Below, one piece after another: positions 48,360-58,191 of a stretch of 64,000 nt of DNA; the stretch's first letter is position 1; each line of letters starts with the position of its first letter. The translations under genes were made by a program, and so were the position numbers. Origin of the DNA: Longimicrobiales bacterium (GTDB lineage Bacteria > Gemmatimonadota > Gemmatimonadetes > Longimicrobiales > Gaopeijiaceae); contig JAWLHJ010000005.1 in NCBI GenBank assembly GCA_041690395.1, positions 96,001-160,000 on the forward strand, read 5' to 3'. The notes under the pieces were generated by a model. It was not told the origin of the DNA and did no database searches. It worked only from the letters and a program-made list of their open reading frames with translations.

Positions 48360-49208
48360 GTGGCCGACAAGAAAATCGTCTTCGTGAAGAAGAAGATTAA
48401 GGCGAAACACGGGCACCATGGCGGATCCTGGAAGGTGGCCTACGCCGATTTCGTGACCGCGATGATGGCGTTCTTCCTCGTGATGTGGATCATGAACATG
48501 GATCAGGGCGTGCGGGACCTGGTGCAGGGCTACTTCGAGAATCCGGTGGGCTTCAAGCGCAGCTACTCGGGTGGGCGAAACATCCTGTCCCAGGGGAATT
48601 CCATCATGAACATGGAGGTACGGCGGCAGCTCATCCTGAAGCGTCGTGAAGCGGAGGAAGGCAGGTTCCGGGAAGTCGCGGCGGAGATCGAGCGGCGCCT
48701 CGTGGGAAGCGAGTCCGGCACGCCAGAGGAGCTCGGGGTCGAAGTCGTCGTCGCGGACGATGGTCTGCGTATCGAAATGATGGAACCCAACCAGGGGGCC
48801 TCGTTCTTCGATGTCGCATCATCCAATCCTACCAGAGAGCTCGAGCAGGTTCTCCGCGTCGTGGCTGCGGAGCTCGCGGACCTGGACAATGGCGTCGTGG
48901 TCGAGGGTCACACCGACGCGACACCGTTCGGCAGCGCTGGGTATTCGAACTGGGAGCTCTCGGTGGATCGGGCGAACGCGGCGCGCCGGGTGCTGCTGTC
49001 CGGTGGGCTGTCCCCGGAGCGTCTGGTCGAGGTCCGCGGCTATGCCGATCGGCGGCTCAAGTTCGTCGATTCACCTTCGGATCGCCGAAATCGTCGCGTC
49101 ACGGTGCTGATTCCGTTCGATACCCCCGGTATGGGGGATTTCGAGGGGTGGGAGTGGTCGGAGTCGGGGGACGGGGCCGAGATCGACTCGGGGAGTGCCG
49201 ACTCGTGA
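48360..49208 (+). CDS. motB: Stator protein MotB
   Basis: HGGSWKVAYADFVTAMMAFFLVMW; OmpA-like GHTDA..NWELS..RA; NRRV. Confidence 0.96.
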   Translation: MADKKIVFVKKKIKAKHGHHGGSWKVAYADFVTAMMAFFLVMWIMNMDQGVRDLVQGYFENPVGFKRSYSGGRNILSQGNSIMNMEVRRQLILKRREAEEGRFREVAAEIERRLVGSESGTPEELGVEVVVADDGLRIEMMEPNQGASFFDVASSNPTRELEQVLRVVAAELADLDNGVVVEGHTDATPFGSAGYSNWELSVDRANAARRVLLSGGLSPERLVEVRGYADRRLKFVDSPSDRRNRRVTVLIPFDTPGMGDFEGWEWSESGDGAEIDSGSADS

Positions 49209-51037
49209 GCCCGGGAGGAACGCGTTTCGACTTCCGGTGGCTCGTCCGCGTGTTCGCGGATAAGCTGGCCGAGCTCTCCGGGTCGGACAGCGTATCGGCG
49301 GCCGTGCGGCGCGCCCAGGGGGCACGCCCTGACATCCTGCTGGCGCGCGGCCCCGTCTTTCAGCGGACCGAAGTCGTGGAGGAGACGTTTTCCTTCCTGA
49401 CCCACGACCTCCTACGGTCGGTAGGGCCGCTTCGCGTGCCGGGCGACCGGCTGCCCAGGAGCCTGATGACGTTGAGGGCGGCGCTCGCCCGGTCGGGAGT
49501 GCCCGACCTCGCGGCCTTTCCCATCAGGGGTGAGGGGGAGCTGGCCGGTTGTGTCATGGCGCCGTGTGAAGGTGGATCGGCCGTGTTGGAAGATTCCGGG
49601 CCGTGGGCGGCATGCGAGTCGGCGGTATGGACGGTCAGGCTGGGCGCGGCGACGGCTGCCCTCGACGCGTTGGCCGGACGACCGGCGAGGGGCGGGGTGA
49701 TCGCCGACGTCGATGGTGTCATGACCCTCGACACGAGTGGGCGCATCCTGATGGCGCGTGGACTCTGCAGGGACATTCTGACAAGAGCCGCGGCCCCGCC
49801 GCTCGGCGCTCGTATGGAGGATCTTCTCGGCGGCGAGTCGGCGTCGACCATGTTGGCCTCCGAGGAGGCCGAGGTCGTGTGGAGCGAACACCTGTTGCCG
49901 GCCTCGGCGAGCGGGGGGCTCGCCGTCGCCATGGTCCCCGATTCGAGGGGGAGCGCTCATCGGCTCGGTCACCGTGTGGTCTGCGTGCGGGATCTGCGCA
50001 CCGACCCCGGACGGCGAGGGATCGGCCTGCGCTTCGAGCTTGTCGCCGAGGTCGCCTGGGCGCTCGACGCGTTGGGTGCGGTAGACTCGCCCGGCCAAGC
50101 CCCGCTTGCCGACCTGGTGACCGAGGCCTCTCGGCTCCTGGAAGCGGCGGCCCCGTCCGTCTCGCACCCGGGCGTCACGAGCGGTGACGAGTTGAACGAC
50201 ATCGTCCGAGCGTGCTTGCATGCCGTGGACCGGGCGCTCGCCGCGGAACGGATCCGCGTGTTCAGCTTGCTGCAGCCCGAGCTTCCGCCCGCAGCTATCG
50301 ATTCGGTCTCGCTCTACAGGGCACTGCGCCGACTCATCGACCGCGCTCGGGCCTCGCTAGGGGGAAGAGGGGGGTCTCTGACGCTCAAGACGGGTAAGGT
50401 GGACGACCAGCCTTACGTTACGGTCTCGGATGACGGCGCGGGCCGGCTCGCGAACGACGGCGGAGACAACATCGGCCTGCCGCTCTTCCGGCTCGCCGAG
50501 CCGAGCTCGGAGACCGACACCATCGAGGTGCGTGCCTTTCTCGAGCGGATCGGAGCGAAGCTGCTGTTGGAGAGCCGGCCGGGTCTGTGGACCCGATCCA
50601 CCGTGCTGCTTCGGGCCGTGCCCGCTCGGACACTTCCCGAAGAGAGGCCGAGAGGGGGCACGCCGGATGCGGGGGGACCCACTGTTCTGTCCGTGCTCGT
50701 CGTGGACGACAACCCTGCGCTGAGGAGCGTGCTTCGCCGCTACCTGGAGCGTCGGGGGCACGAGGTGACCGAGGCGTCCGACGGAAACGAAGGACTGACT
50801 GCCGTGGCCCAGAAGGACTTCGATCGACTGATCGTGGATGTCCACATGCCCGGGAAGGGAGGCCCGGAGTTCTACGAGGGGTTGGGCGTGTCCGCGCCCC
50901 AGCTGCGGCCGCGTACGATCTTCATGACCGGCGGATACGTGGAGAGCGCCATCGAGCGCTTCATCGTCGAGTCCGGGCGGCCTGCCCTCTCGAAGCCCTT
51001 CGACCTCGAAGAGCTCGCCCGGGCCGTCGAGGCCTGA
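49205..51037 (+). CDS. Degenerate sensor kinase-like protein with C-terminal REC (pseudo-kinase hybrid)
   Basis: GTGA overlap with motB; PAS-like DGVMTLDTSGRIL; H-box position VAEVAWAL; residual DDGAG; intact REC VLVVDDN..VDVHMP..MTG..KPF. Confidence 0.75.
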   Translation: MSPGGTRFDFRWLVRVFADKLAELSGSDSVSAAVRRAQGARPDILLARGPVFQRTEVVEETFSFLTHDLLRSVGPLRVPGDRLPRSLMTLRAALARSGVPDLAAFPIRGEGELAGCVMAPCEGGSAVLEDSGPWAACESAVWTVRLGAATAALDALAGRPARGGVIADVDGVMTLDTSGRILMARGLCRDILTRAAAPPLGARMEDLLGGESASTMLASEEAEVVWSEHLLPASASGGLAVAMVPDSRGSAHRLGHRVVCVRDLRTDPGRRGIGLRFELVAEVAWALDALGAVDSPGQAPLADLVTEASRLLEAAAPSVSHPGVTSGDELNDIVRACLHAVDRALAAERIRVFSLLQPELPPAAIDSVSLYRALRRLIDRARASLGGRGGSLTLKTGKVDDQPYVTVSDDGAGRLANDGGDNIGLPLFRLAEPSSETDTIEVRAFLERIGAKLLLESRPGLWTRSTVLLRAVPARTLPEERPRGGTPDAGGPTVLSVLVVDDNPALRSVLRRYLERRGHEVTEASDGNEGLTAVAQKDFDRLIVDVHMPGKGGPEFYEGLGVSAPQLRPRTIFMTGGYVESAIERFIVESGRPALSKPFDLEELARAVEA

Positions 51038-51064
51038 CGCGAAGCTCGGGTGAGTCCGGACCCT

Positions 51065-52312
51065 TCAGGCCGCCGCATCCTGGTGGCTCCGCATCCGGTC
51101 CGCGGCCCAACCCAGGGCTTCGAGGTAGGTATCCGAAAGGATCTCTCCTGATCCTCCCAGCGTCTGAAGATCCCTGATCGCCCGGTCCCAGTCGGCCTCG
51201 GCGTAGGCCTCGACCGCCTTGAGGATGATGCCTCCGGGACCCGCTCGCTCGAGCAGGGCTCCCCGCACCTCGGAAGACACGTCCACCTCCTCGAGGAGCT
51301 GTCCCAGGGTCGTGTTCAGCAGCTGATCCGCCTGTGAGAAGAGGCCGACCAGGAAGAGGGCCCCGCCCGCCGGGACGTCTCTCGTTCTGGCCGTGCGAAT
51401 CTGGTCTCCGAGCACTTCGCACATCCGAGCGCGAAGGAGGGCGTCCTTGATGAGCTCCATCCGCATGCCGTCGCCATCCTCGGACGTCATCAGCAGGAGC
51501 GTCAGCCAGCGGTAGAGGGGCTCTCGACCGAGGAGACGCATCGCGTGACCGATGGAGTCGACGCCTCGCCCACCCAGGGACGCCGAGTTGACGATACGTA
51601 GCAGCTTGTACGTCAGCGCCGGATCGACCCTGAACGCCTCCTCGAGCTGGCGGTCTCCCGCGTTCGGGTCCTGCACCAGGTTCATGAGGCGGATGATCGC
51701 CACCGACTGGGCCTTGAGGTCACTCCGGGAGAGCGTCTCAGGAGCCACGTAGTGGAACCCCTGGAAGAGCTCGAATCCGAGAGATACGCAGGTCTCGTGC
51801 ATGTCCTGGTTCTCGACCTTCTCTGCCAGCATCCGGATGCCGCGTGAGCGGAGCTGTTCGGCGACCGTGGCGAGTGAAAGGCCGGCTCGCTGGACGTCGA
51901 CCTTGACGATGCTCGCGACGTCGACCATCGGCTCCAGCTCCGTGCGGTGGACGAAGTCGTCCAGGGCGATGGTGTAACCCGCCGCCGCGAGGGACCGGAG
52001 CTTGTCGACCACGGCGGGACTGGGCTCGACATCCTCCAGCACTTCGATCACCACTCGACCCGGATCCAGAAGCTCCGGAGCTCCGCCGAGCAACATGTCC
52101 GTCGAGAAGTTGATGAAGGCCTTCTGACCTTCGGTCAGTAGGTCCAGGCCCAACCCGAGCACCGCGTCGACGATGACGGTGGATGACATGGTCGACGCGG
52201 AAGCGTTGCCCGCGGTACCGACGTCGAGATTTGCACGATAGAGCAGCTCGTGACCGACGACGCTATTGTCGGCGTCGAAGATCGGCTGCCTCGCCACGAA
52301 GACGTCCCTCAC
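51065..52312 (-). CDS. EAL-HDOD protein (YuxH/PdeH-like putative c-di-GMP phosphodiesterase)
   Basis: FVARQPIF..HELLYR; AFINF; IEVLE; ALDDF; LAEKVE; FQGF; HDOD DPALTYKLLRIVNSA. Confidence 0.9.
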   Translation of the reverse strand: MRDVFVARQPIFDADNSVVGHELLYRANLDVGTAGNASASTMSSTVIVDAVLGLGLDLLTEGQKAFINFSTDMLLGGAPELLDPGRVVIEVLEDVEPSPAVVDKLRSLAAAGYTIALDDFVHRTELEPMVDVASIVKVDVQRAGLSLATVAEQLRSRGIRMLAEKVENQDMHETCVSLGFELFQGFHYVAPETLSRSDLKAQSVAIIRLMNLVQDPNAGDRQLEEAFRVDPALTYKLLRIVNSASLGGRGVDSIGHAMRLLGREPLYRWLTLLLMTSEDGDGMRMELIKDALLRARMCEVLGDQIRTARTRDVPAGGALFLVGLFSQADQLLNTTLGQLLEEVDVSSEVRGALLERAGPGGIILKAVEAYAEADWDRAIRDLQTLGGSGEILSDTYLEALGWAADRMRSHQDAAA

Positions 52313-52724
52313 TGTGCTCCCTCCTCTGGGTGGAGGGGCCCGCCATGGCCTCGGTCCGCTCCCCCTCCACAAGGGGGATTACGTCCGGGTACTCGAACGG
52401 CTTCTGCAGGCGAAGCACGCTGGGCCCCATCTGTGGCCCAGTATCGGTCGCCAGACCTCCGGTCATGAGGACGACCGGTCCATGGAAGTCGGCGTCCTGA
52501 ACGAGGTGCTGAGCGACGCGGAGTCCCCCTCCCGGCATGCCGATGTCGAGCACGGCGGCGTCGATCGCGTATTTGTCGAGCACCTCGAGTGCCTCGAACG
52601 CGTTCGTCGTGGGGAAGACCTGATGTCCCCTCACTTCGAGGACTCTCGCCAAAGCGAGCACGATGAGCGGCTCATCGTCAGCCAGGAGGATCCGAAGTCG
52701 GTCGGTGGCCTGTGCTTCGTTCAT
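52263..52724 (-). CDS. Single-domain response regulator
   Basis: ILLADDE...VLDIGMP...LMTG...QKPF. Confidence 0.82.
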   Translation of the reverse strand: MNEAQATDRLRILLADDEPLIVLALARVLEVRGHQVFPTTNAFEALEVLDKYAIDAAVLDIGMPGGGLRVAQHLVQDADFHGPVVLMTGGLATDTGPQMGPSVLRLQKPFEYPDVIPLVEGERTEAMAGPSTQRREHSEGRLRGEAADLRRRQ

Positions 52725-52879
52725 TTGTGGACCAAGATGGCTCGAGCCTTTCACGTCGGAAGGGGACGGCCGTAACCGGAGGGTCACATCCACGCCCCGT
52801 CGGATACGAGAACGAGGCGCACCATCTATAAGGGTGCCCGCGAGGAGAGCACAAGTCTCCGCTCCCGACAACGCGCCAC

Positions 52880-52906
52880 TAAACCTTCGACGTGGACGGG
52901 CGATAC
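52880..52906 (+). promoter_or_regulatory. Sigma28 promoter of flagellin
   Basis: TAAA-N15-GGCGATAC about 105 nt upstream of the fliC ATG. Confidence 0.75.
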
Positions 52907-52963
52907 TCTGAACCGACGGCCGAGCAGGGGTCGGTCGCGAGATGCGGGGCGAGGGCCCCGAGA

Positions 52964-53006
52964 GGAGCAAGGACGCTCCGAACACACTTTCCAAGGAAGG
53001 AAGGAG
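52964..53006 (+). promoter_or_regulatory. Putative CsrA-binding sites in the flagellin 5' leader
   Basis: Two hairpins with GGA in the loop: GGAGC-AAGGAC-GCTCC and TTCC-AAGGAA-GGAA, the second abutting the GGAG Shine-Dalgarno. Confidence 0.65.
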
Positions 53007-53012
53007 AACCCC

Positions 53013-54476
53013 ATGCGCATCAACACCAACGTTCCGGCGATGAACACGCTCCGCCAGCTCGGGCAGAGCAGCAAGATGTTCTCGCAGTCGGTGGGCCGGC
53101 TCTCGTCCGGCTTCCGGATCAACCGTGCGGCCGACGACGCCGCCGGTCTGGGTATCGCCAACACTCTTCGGTCGAACATCCGTGCGACCAGCCAGGCAGC
53201 CCGCAACACGGAGCAGGGCAACTCCGTGCTCCAGGTCATGGAAGGCGGCGCTCAGCAGGTCAGCGGCATTCTCGACCGGATGAAGGAGCTCGCCGCCCAG
53301 GCCGCGTCGGACTCCGTGGATTCCCAGGCCCGCTCCCAGCTGAACAGCGAGTTCGACCAGCTCTCGGCGGAGGTCGACCGGATCGTGACCACCACCAAGT
53401 TCCAGGGTCAGGCGCTCCTCAACGGCAGCTACGGCTCGGCCAGCACTACGGCCAACTCGTTCGACAGCACTGTCACCAACAACCTGGACGACGTGGCCGG
53501 GCTGACGGTGGGCATCAGCAGCGAGTCGACCTTCAACGGACTGACCGCCGGCAACATCACGGCGACCGTCACGCAGATCGACGGCACCATCTCGGCCGAG
53601 TCCGTCGGCACCCAGGCCGGTCTGTCCGGCACGGTGTCGATCTCCGGTCAGCCCGGGTTCAACGCGCTCGAGGAAGGTGTCTACACCGTCACCAAGAGCG
53701 GATCGGACATCCAGCTCGTCGACGGCAACAGCACGGTCATCGAGACCGTCGCGGCAGGCGCGCTGACGAGCGGTGAGGACATCGTCTTCGCCACGTCCGG
53801 CATCACCCTGGCCGGTGACGGGGCCGGCGACATCAACAGCCTGGCCGACGGCTCCCTCGGTACGATCACGGTCGACCAGTCCTTCAGCCTGCAGCTCGCC
53901 GGAGGAGGCGCCACCAGCCAGACGCTGACGCTCGACGCGAGCGGCACGACGCAGACCCTGGACTTCACCAACTTCGGCATCCGGGTCCGGGTCGACGCCG
54001 CCCAGAACGACGTGGCTTTCGACATCGGCGCCAACAACACGCTCGCCGTACAGGGCGACACCGTGAGCCAGGCGCAGTTCCTGGTGAGCGCGTCGGGTGA
54101 CTACACGAGCAACGACCTCGTGCTTCTGGACTCCGTGAACCTCACCGCTTCGACGCTGGGCGTGGACACGGGTTCCATCGACCTGACCACCGCGGTCGGC
54201 GCCCAGTCCGCGTTGACGAGCATCGACGACGCGATCGACACGCTGTCCGACACGTTCTCCGCCATCGGTGCGGCTCAGAACCGATTCGAGTTCGCGTTCG
54301 CGAACGCGCAGTCCATGGTCGAGAACCTTTCGGCCGCGGAGTCGGTCATCCGCGACGTGGACATGGCTGCCGAGGTCGCGCAGATGACGAAGTTCCAGAT
54401 CCTGCAGCAGGCCGGTACCGCGATGCTGGCCCAGGCCAACTCGGCCCCGCAGGGCGTGTTGTCCCTTCTGAGGTAA
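53013..54476 (+). CDS. fliC: Flagellin
   Basis: MRINTN...RLSSGFRINRAADDAAGL; GAAQNRF; AESVIRDVDMA..ILQQAG.AMLAQAN.PQ.VLSLL. Confidence 0.97.
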   Translation: MRINTNVPAMNTLRQLGQSSKMFSQSVGRLSSGFRINRAADDAAGLGIANTLRSNIRATSQAARNTEQGNSVLQVMEGGAQQVSGILDRMKELAAQAASDSVDSQARSQLNSEFDQLSAEVDRIVTTTKFQGQALLNGSYGSASTTANSFDSTVTNNLDDVAGLTVGISSESTFNGLTAGNITATVTQIDGTISAESVGTQAGLSGTVSISGQPGFNALEEGVYTVTKSGSDIQLVDGNSTVIETVAAGALTSGEDIVFATSGITLAGDGAGDINSLADGSLGTITVDQSFSLQLAGGGATSQTLTLDASGTTQTLDFTNFGIRVRVDAAQNDVAFDIGANNTLAVQGDTVSQAQFLVSASGDYTSNDLVLLDSVNLTASTLGVDTGSIDLTTAVGAQSALTSIDDAIDTLSDTFSAIGAAQNRFEFAFANAQSMVENLSAAESVIRDVDMAAEVAQMTKFQILQQAGTAMLAQANSAPQGVLSLLR

Positions 54477-54503
54477 TCGACTCGGGAGGCCAGCGGATCA
54501 GGA

Positions 54504-54535
54504 CTCCCGGGGGTCGTTCGACCCCCGGGAGCTTT
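54504..54535 (+). terminator. Intrinsic terminator after fliC
   Basis: CTCCCGGGGGTCG-TT-CGACCCCCGGGAG followed by CTTT. Confidence 0.8.
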
Positions 54536-54659
54536 CGTCGACATGGGTGGGGAGCCTTCGTCGGACTCGAGCTGGCGGAGGGTCGGCCGGGACTCCACCG
54601 ATGAGGCGTCCGTCCCACCGGGTGCGGGGCGGGAACAGCAAGCAAGGAGGGGGACACAT

Positions 54660-57600
54660 ATGGAGGCCATCGCTTCGGTTCAGGGGCTTGCGACCGGAAT
54701 CGATTTTCGGGATCTCGTCGACCAGATCGTGGCTGCGGAGTCCCGGCCCGTCCAGGTGATGGAGAGCCGAAAGCTGACGCTCGACGCGAGAGAGGCCGCC
54801 TGGACGGACTTCCAGCGGCGCATCCGCACCTTGGACGACCGCGCCGACGCCCTCGGTCGCGGCACCGTATTCGATGCCTTCCGCACGAGCGTGGCCGGCG
54901 GTTCCGAAGCGCTCTCCGCGTCGGCCCGGTCCGGTGCGTCACCCGGCACGTACAACGTGGACGTTCTGCAGGTCGCCACGAGGGAGAAGGTCGGGAGTGA
55001 CGTGTTCGGCTCTCTCGACGAGGCCCTCGGCTTTTCCGGAACTTTCGTCGTCGGTGGACGAGGGGTGGAGATCTCGGCGGAAGATACCCTGCGGGATGTC
55101 GCCGGCGCGATCAACGCGGTCAACGCCGGGGCCTCCGCTTCGCGCGTGACGGCGTCACTCGTGGGGTCGGCGGACGCCGGTTACCGCATCGTGCTCACGG
55201 CGGACGCATCGGGAGAGACGGGGGTACGGCTCGCGGACGGTTCGTCCGGGGTGCTGCGGTCCCTGGGCTATCTCGACGGCGGCATGTCCATACGGCATCA
55301 GACGTCCGACGGCGCGACCAGCGACGCGTTCGCTTCGTCCACGGCCGCTGTCGGGAGCCAGATCGGCCTGGCTTCGCCGCCGGCCGGCACGGTGGGGGTT
55401 GGTTCCCTGAGCGTGGCCCTCGACCTGGCCAGCAACGGCCTGGAAGACATCGCCGATGCCATCAACGCTGCTGCGGCGAGCGCGGGAAGTCCCATCGAGG
55501 CCCGGATCGTCTCGGAGACGGGGCTCGACGGGAGGACCGGCCGGCGTCTGGATGTAAGTGGCACCACATCCTTCACGGATGCGAACGGGGTTCTGGAGAC
55601 CCTGGGAATTCTGGAGTCCGGCCGGTCGGCGGTGGCCCAGCAGCTCAGCGGTGCCACCTTCACCGACGGAGACGGGGTGACTCCGGCGACGGCAGGCACC
55701 TTGATCACCGACTTGTGGCAGGACGGCGCCAGCGCCGGCGTCCAGGTCGGGGATACGCTGTCGATCAGTGGGATGCGCGGCGACGGTACGACGTTCGCGC
55801 TCTCCTTCGAGGTAGGCGCCACCAGCACCTATCAGGATCTGGTCGACGCGCTCAACTCCGAGACCGACGCGCTCGGCGTGGGCCCGCGCACCGCGACTGC
55901 GGCCCTGGCCGACGGCGCCATCGTCGTCACCGACGACGTTGGTGGGTACAGTCGACTCGCATTGACGGTCGTTTCCAACAACGAAGGTGGCGGCAGACTC
56001 GATTTCGGAGCCTTCGCCGTCACGACGACGGGGCGAGCCCGTGAGATCACCGCCGGCCGGGACGCCCAGGTGCAGGTCGACGGTGTCTTCCACAGCCGAT
56101 CGTCCAACACAGTCGACGACGTCATTCCCGGAGTGACCCTCTCGCTGACCCAGACCTCGGAGAGCTCGACCGTGGTGAGCGTAGAGCGGGACGTGGATGC
56201 CATCGTGTCCGAGATCGAGGCACTGTTCGAAGCCATGGACGGCATCTCCGAGTTCGTGTCGAGACAGTTTTCGGGTGCGGGAGCGACGGAGGGGGGGACG
56301 CGTCCGCCGCTATCCGGCGAGAACCTCATCCGGTCCATGCGCGGGCGGCTGAGGGGCGCCCTGGAATCCGCGTTCGCCGCGACACAGACGCAGTTCCGTA
56401 CGCTCTCGGAGCTCGGCATCGAGATCAACCGGCGGGGTACGTACGACATCGACACGTCGGCGTTGCGAGACGCCGTGGAATCCGATCCCGCCGGCGTGCA
56501 GAGGATCTTCTCCTCGCACGGCGCGGGCAGCGTGTCTTCCCTGCGATACGTGTCGGCCTCGGCCGCCACCGTCCCCGGCACCTACGATGTCGTCATCACG
56601 AATCCGGCAACGCGGGCCGAGGCCACCGGGGCGGGCTTCGCTGGGGCTTACGTGGACGACGGCGTGCCGGACCAGGTGACGATCACGGACACGGGGACGG
56701 GATCGTCCTACTCCGCCGTCCTGGCCGATGGCATGAGCCTCGCGGACATCGTCCAGGCGCTGAACGACGAGCTCGGGACGGCTACGCGCAGGGAACTCCA
56801 CGCCACGTCGATCCTACGGGCGGACGGGGCCGGGACGGAGGCCGCCGAACCCACGGCGCTCGCGGACCTTCACGACGAAGCCGGTACGAACCTCGGCGTC
56901 GCGGACGGTGACGTGCTGACCATCGCGGGCACGCGCACGGACGGGACCAGCTTCTTCCGCGAGTGGACGGTCTCGAGCGCGGCGACGCAGACGCTCGGGG
57001 ATCTTCGTGCCCAGATCTCCGCGGCCGTCGGCTCCGACGTCGAGATCGACATCGCGGATGGCATGCTGACGGCCATGGCAGCCGAACCGGGACGGAGTGC
57101 TTTCACGCTCTCCGTCTCCTCGGACAATGCCGGCGGAGGAACCCTTGCGCTCGGGGCGTTCGACGTAGCGGTCGAGGGGCGCGGCGCGTCGACGATCGTC
57201 GCGGCGGACGTGGACGGTCAGCTGTCCTTGCGTCACGAAGACTACGGTGCCTCGGAGGGCTTCGACATCACGTACACGCCCGGTGGAACGGATGGTACCG
57301 GGGCGCTCGGGCTCGCCGCCGGAGCGTATGCCGGGAGCGACGTCTCGGGGACCATCGGTGGTCAAGCGGCCACGGGAGTGGGCCAAGTCCTGACGGGGGG
57401 TGAAGGCTCTCCGGCGGAAGGGCTGGCGGTGACGTTCCGTGGGTCCGGAGACGGGGCCGTGGGATCGGTCTCGTACTCTCGAGGCATCGCATCGTCACTG
57501 GAGGGCGTGACCGGCGGCCTCCTCAGCGGCGAGAGCGGGTCGATTCAAGCCATCGTCGAAGGGCTCGATACTCAGAAGCGCCGCATCGACGATCGCATCG

Positions 57601-57746
57601 AGGCGTTCGAGTCACGGCTCGACCTGAGAGCCCAGAATCTGATGAAGCGGTTCAGCGCGCTGGAGGAAGCGATGGCGCAGGCACAGCAACAGGCGGCTTG
57701 GCTACAGGCCCAGCTGGGATCTCTGCTCGGATCACCGAGCGCTTGA
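54660..57746 (+). CDS. fliD: Filament cap protein FliD, very large (about 1028 aa)
   Basis: GLATGIDF..VDQIVAAE; SSNTVDDVIPGVTL; LSELGI; C-terminal RFSALEEAMAQ coiled coil. Confidence 0.93.
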   Translation: MEAIASVQGLATGIDFRDLVDQIVAAESRPVQVMESRKLTLDAREAAWTDFQRRIRTLDDRADALGRGTVFDAFRTSVAGGSEALSASARSGASPGTYNVDVLQVATREKVGSDVFGSLDEALGFSGTFVVGGRGVEISAEDTLRDVAGAINAVNAGASASRVTASLVGSADAGYRIVLTADASGETGVRLADGSSGVLRSLGYLDGGMSIRHQTSDGATSDAFASSTAAVGSQIGLASPPAGTVGVGSLSVALDLASNGLEDIADAINAAAASAGSPIEARIVSETGLDGRTGRRLDVSGTTSFTDANGVLETLGILESGRSAVAQQLSGATFTDGDGVTPATAGTLITDLWQDGASAGVQVGDTLSISGMRGDGTTFALSFEVGATSTYQDLVDALNSETDALGVGPRTATAALADGAIVVTDDVGGYSRLALTVVSNNEGGGRLDFGAFAVTTTGRAREITAGRDAQVQVDGVFHSRSSNTVDDVIPGVTLSLTQTSESSTVVSVERDVDAIVSEIEALFEAMDGISEFVSRQFSGAGATEGGTRPPLSGENLIRSMRGRLRGALESAFAATQTQFRTLSELGIEINRRGTYDIDTSALRDAVESDPAGVQRIFSSHGAGSVSSLRYVSASAATVPGTYDVVITNPATRAEATGAGFAGAYVDDGVPDQVTITDTGTGSSYSAVLADGMSLADIVQALNDELGTATRRELHATSILRADGAGTEAAEPTALADLHDEAGTNLGVADGDVLTIAGTRTDGTSFFREWTVSSAATQTLGDLRAQISAAVGSDVEIDIADGMLTAMAAEPGRSAFTLSVSSDNAGGGTLALGAFDVAVEGRGASTIVAADVDGQLSLRHEDYGASEGFDITYTPGGTDGTGALGLAAGAYAGSDVSGTIGGQAATGVGQVLTGGEGSPAEGLAVTFRGSGDGAVGSVSYSRGIASSLEGVTGGLLSGESGSIQAIVEGLDTQKRRIDDRIEAFESRLDLRAQNLMKRFSALEEAMAQAQQQAAWLQAQLGSLLGSPSA

Positions 57747-57759
57747 GGACGGACGACCA

Positions 57760-58191
57760 ATGAACGGGGCGAACATGCACGGCTACGGCACCACGATGGC
57801 TTACCGACAGACGCAGATCCTGAGTTCCTCTCGGGAACGCCTCGTGCCGACCCTGTACGAGCATCTTCTGGTTCGCCTGAAGCGGGGAGCGTTACAGATC
57901 CGGGAGCGGGACATCGAGGGCAAGTTCGCGACCTTGACCCAGGCACAGGACATTCTGACCGAGCTGCTGTCGTCGCTGGACTTCGACGCCGGTGGAGAGC
58001 TCGCGAGCAGGCTGGCCTCGCTCTATGCCTACTGGATGAAGGAAGTGCTCCAGGCGGGTCGCGATCTCGACGCGCCTCGCCTGGAGCAAGTGGCGCGGAT
58101 GGTGGAATCCCTCCATGAGGCTTGGGACGAAGCGACACGCTCGCTGGAGGGTCCAGGCGCCTCGCCTGGCCCGACGCGCGAGGACGCATGA
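57760..58191 (+). CDS. fliS: Flagellin chaperone FliS
   Basis: AYRQTQILSSSRERLV.LYE; ILTELLSSLDFDAGGELA..LASLY; SLHEAW. Confidence 0.92.
   Translation: MNGANMHGYGTTMAYRQTQILSSSRERLVPTLYEHLLVRLKRGALQIRERDIEGKFATLTQAQDILTELLSSLDFDAGGELASRLASLYAYWMKEVLQAGRDLDAPRLEQVARMVESLHEAWDEATRSLEGPGASPGPTREDA

Noticed and set aside
54578..54604. Possible sigma28 promoter for fliD (ACCGATGA -10)
   Set aside because: No convincing -35 at 15-16 nt spacing, so it cannot be supported.
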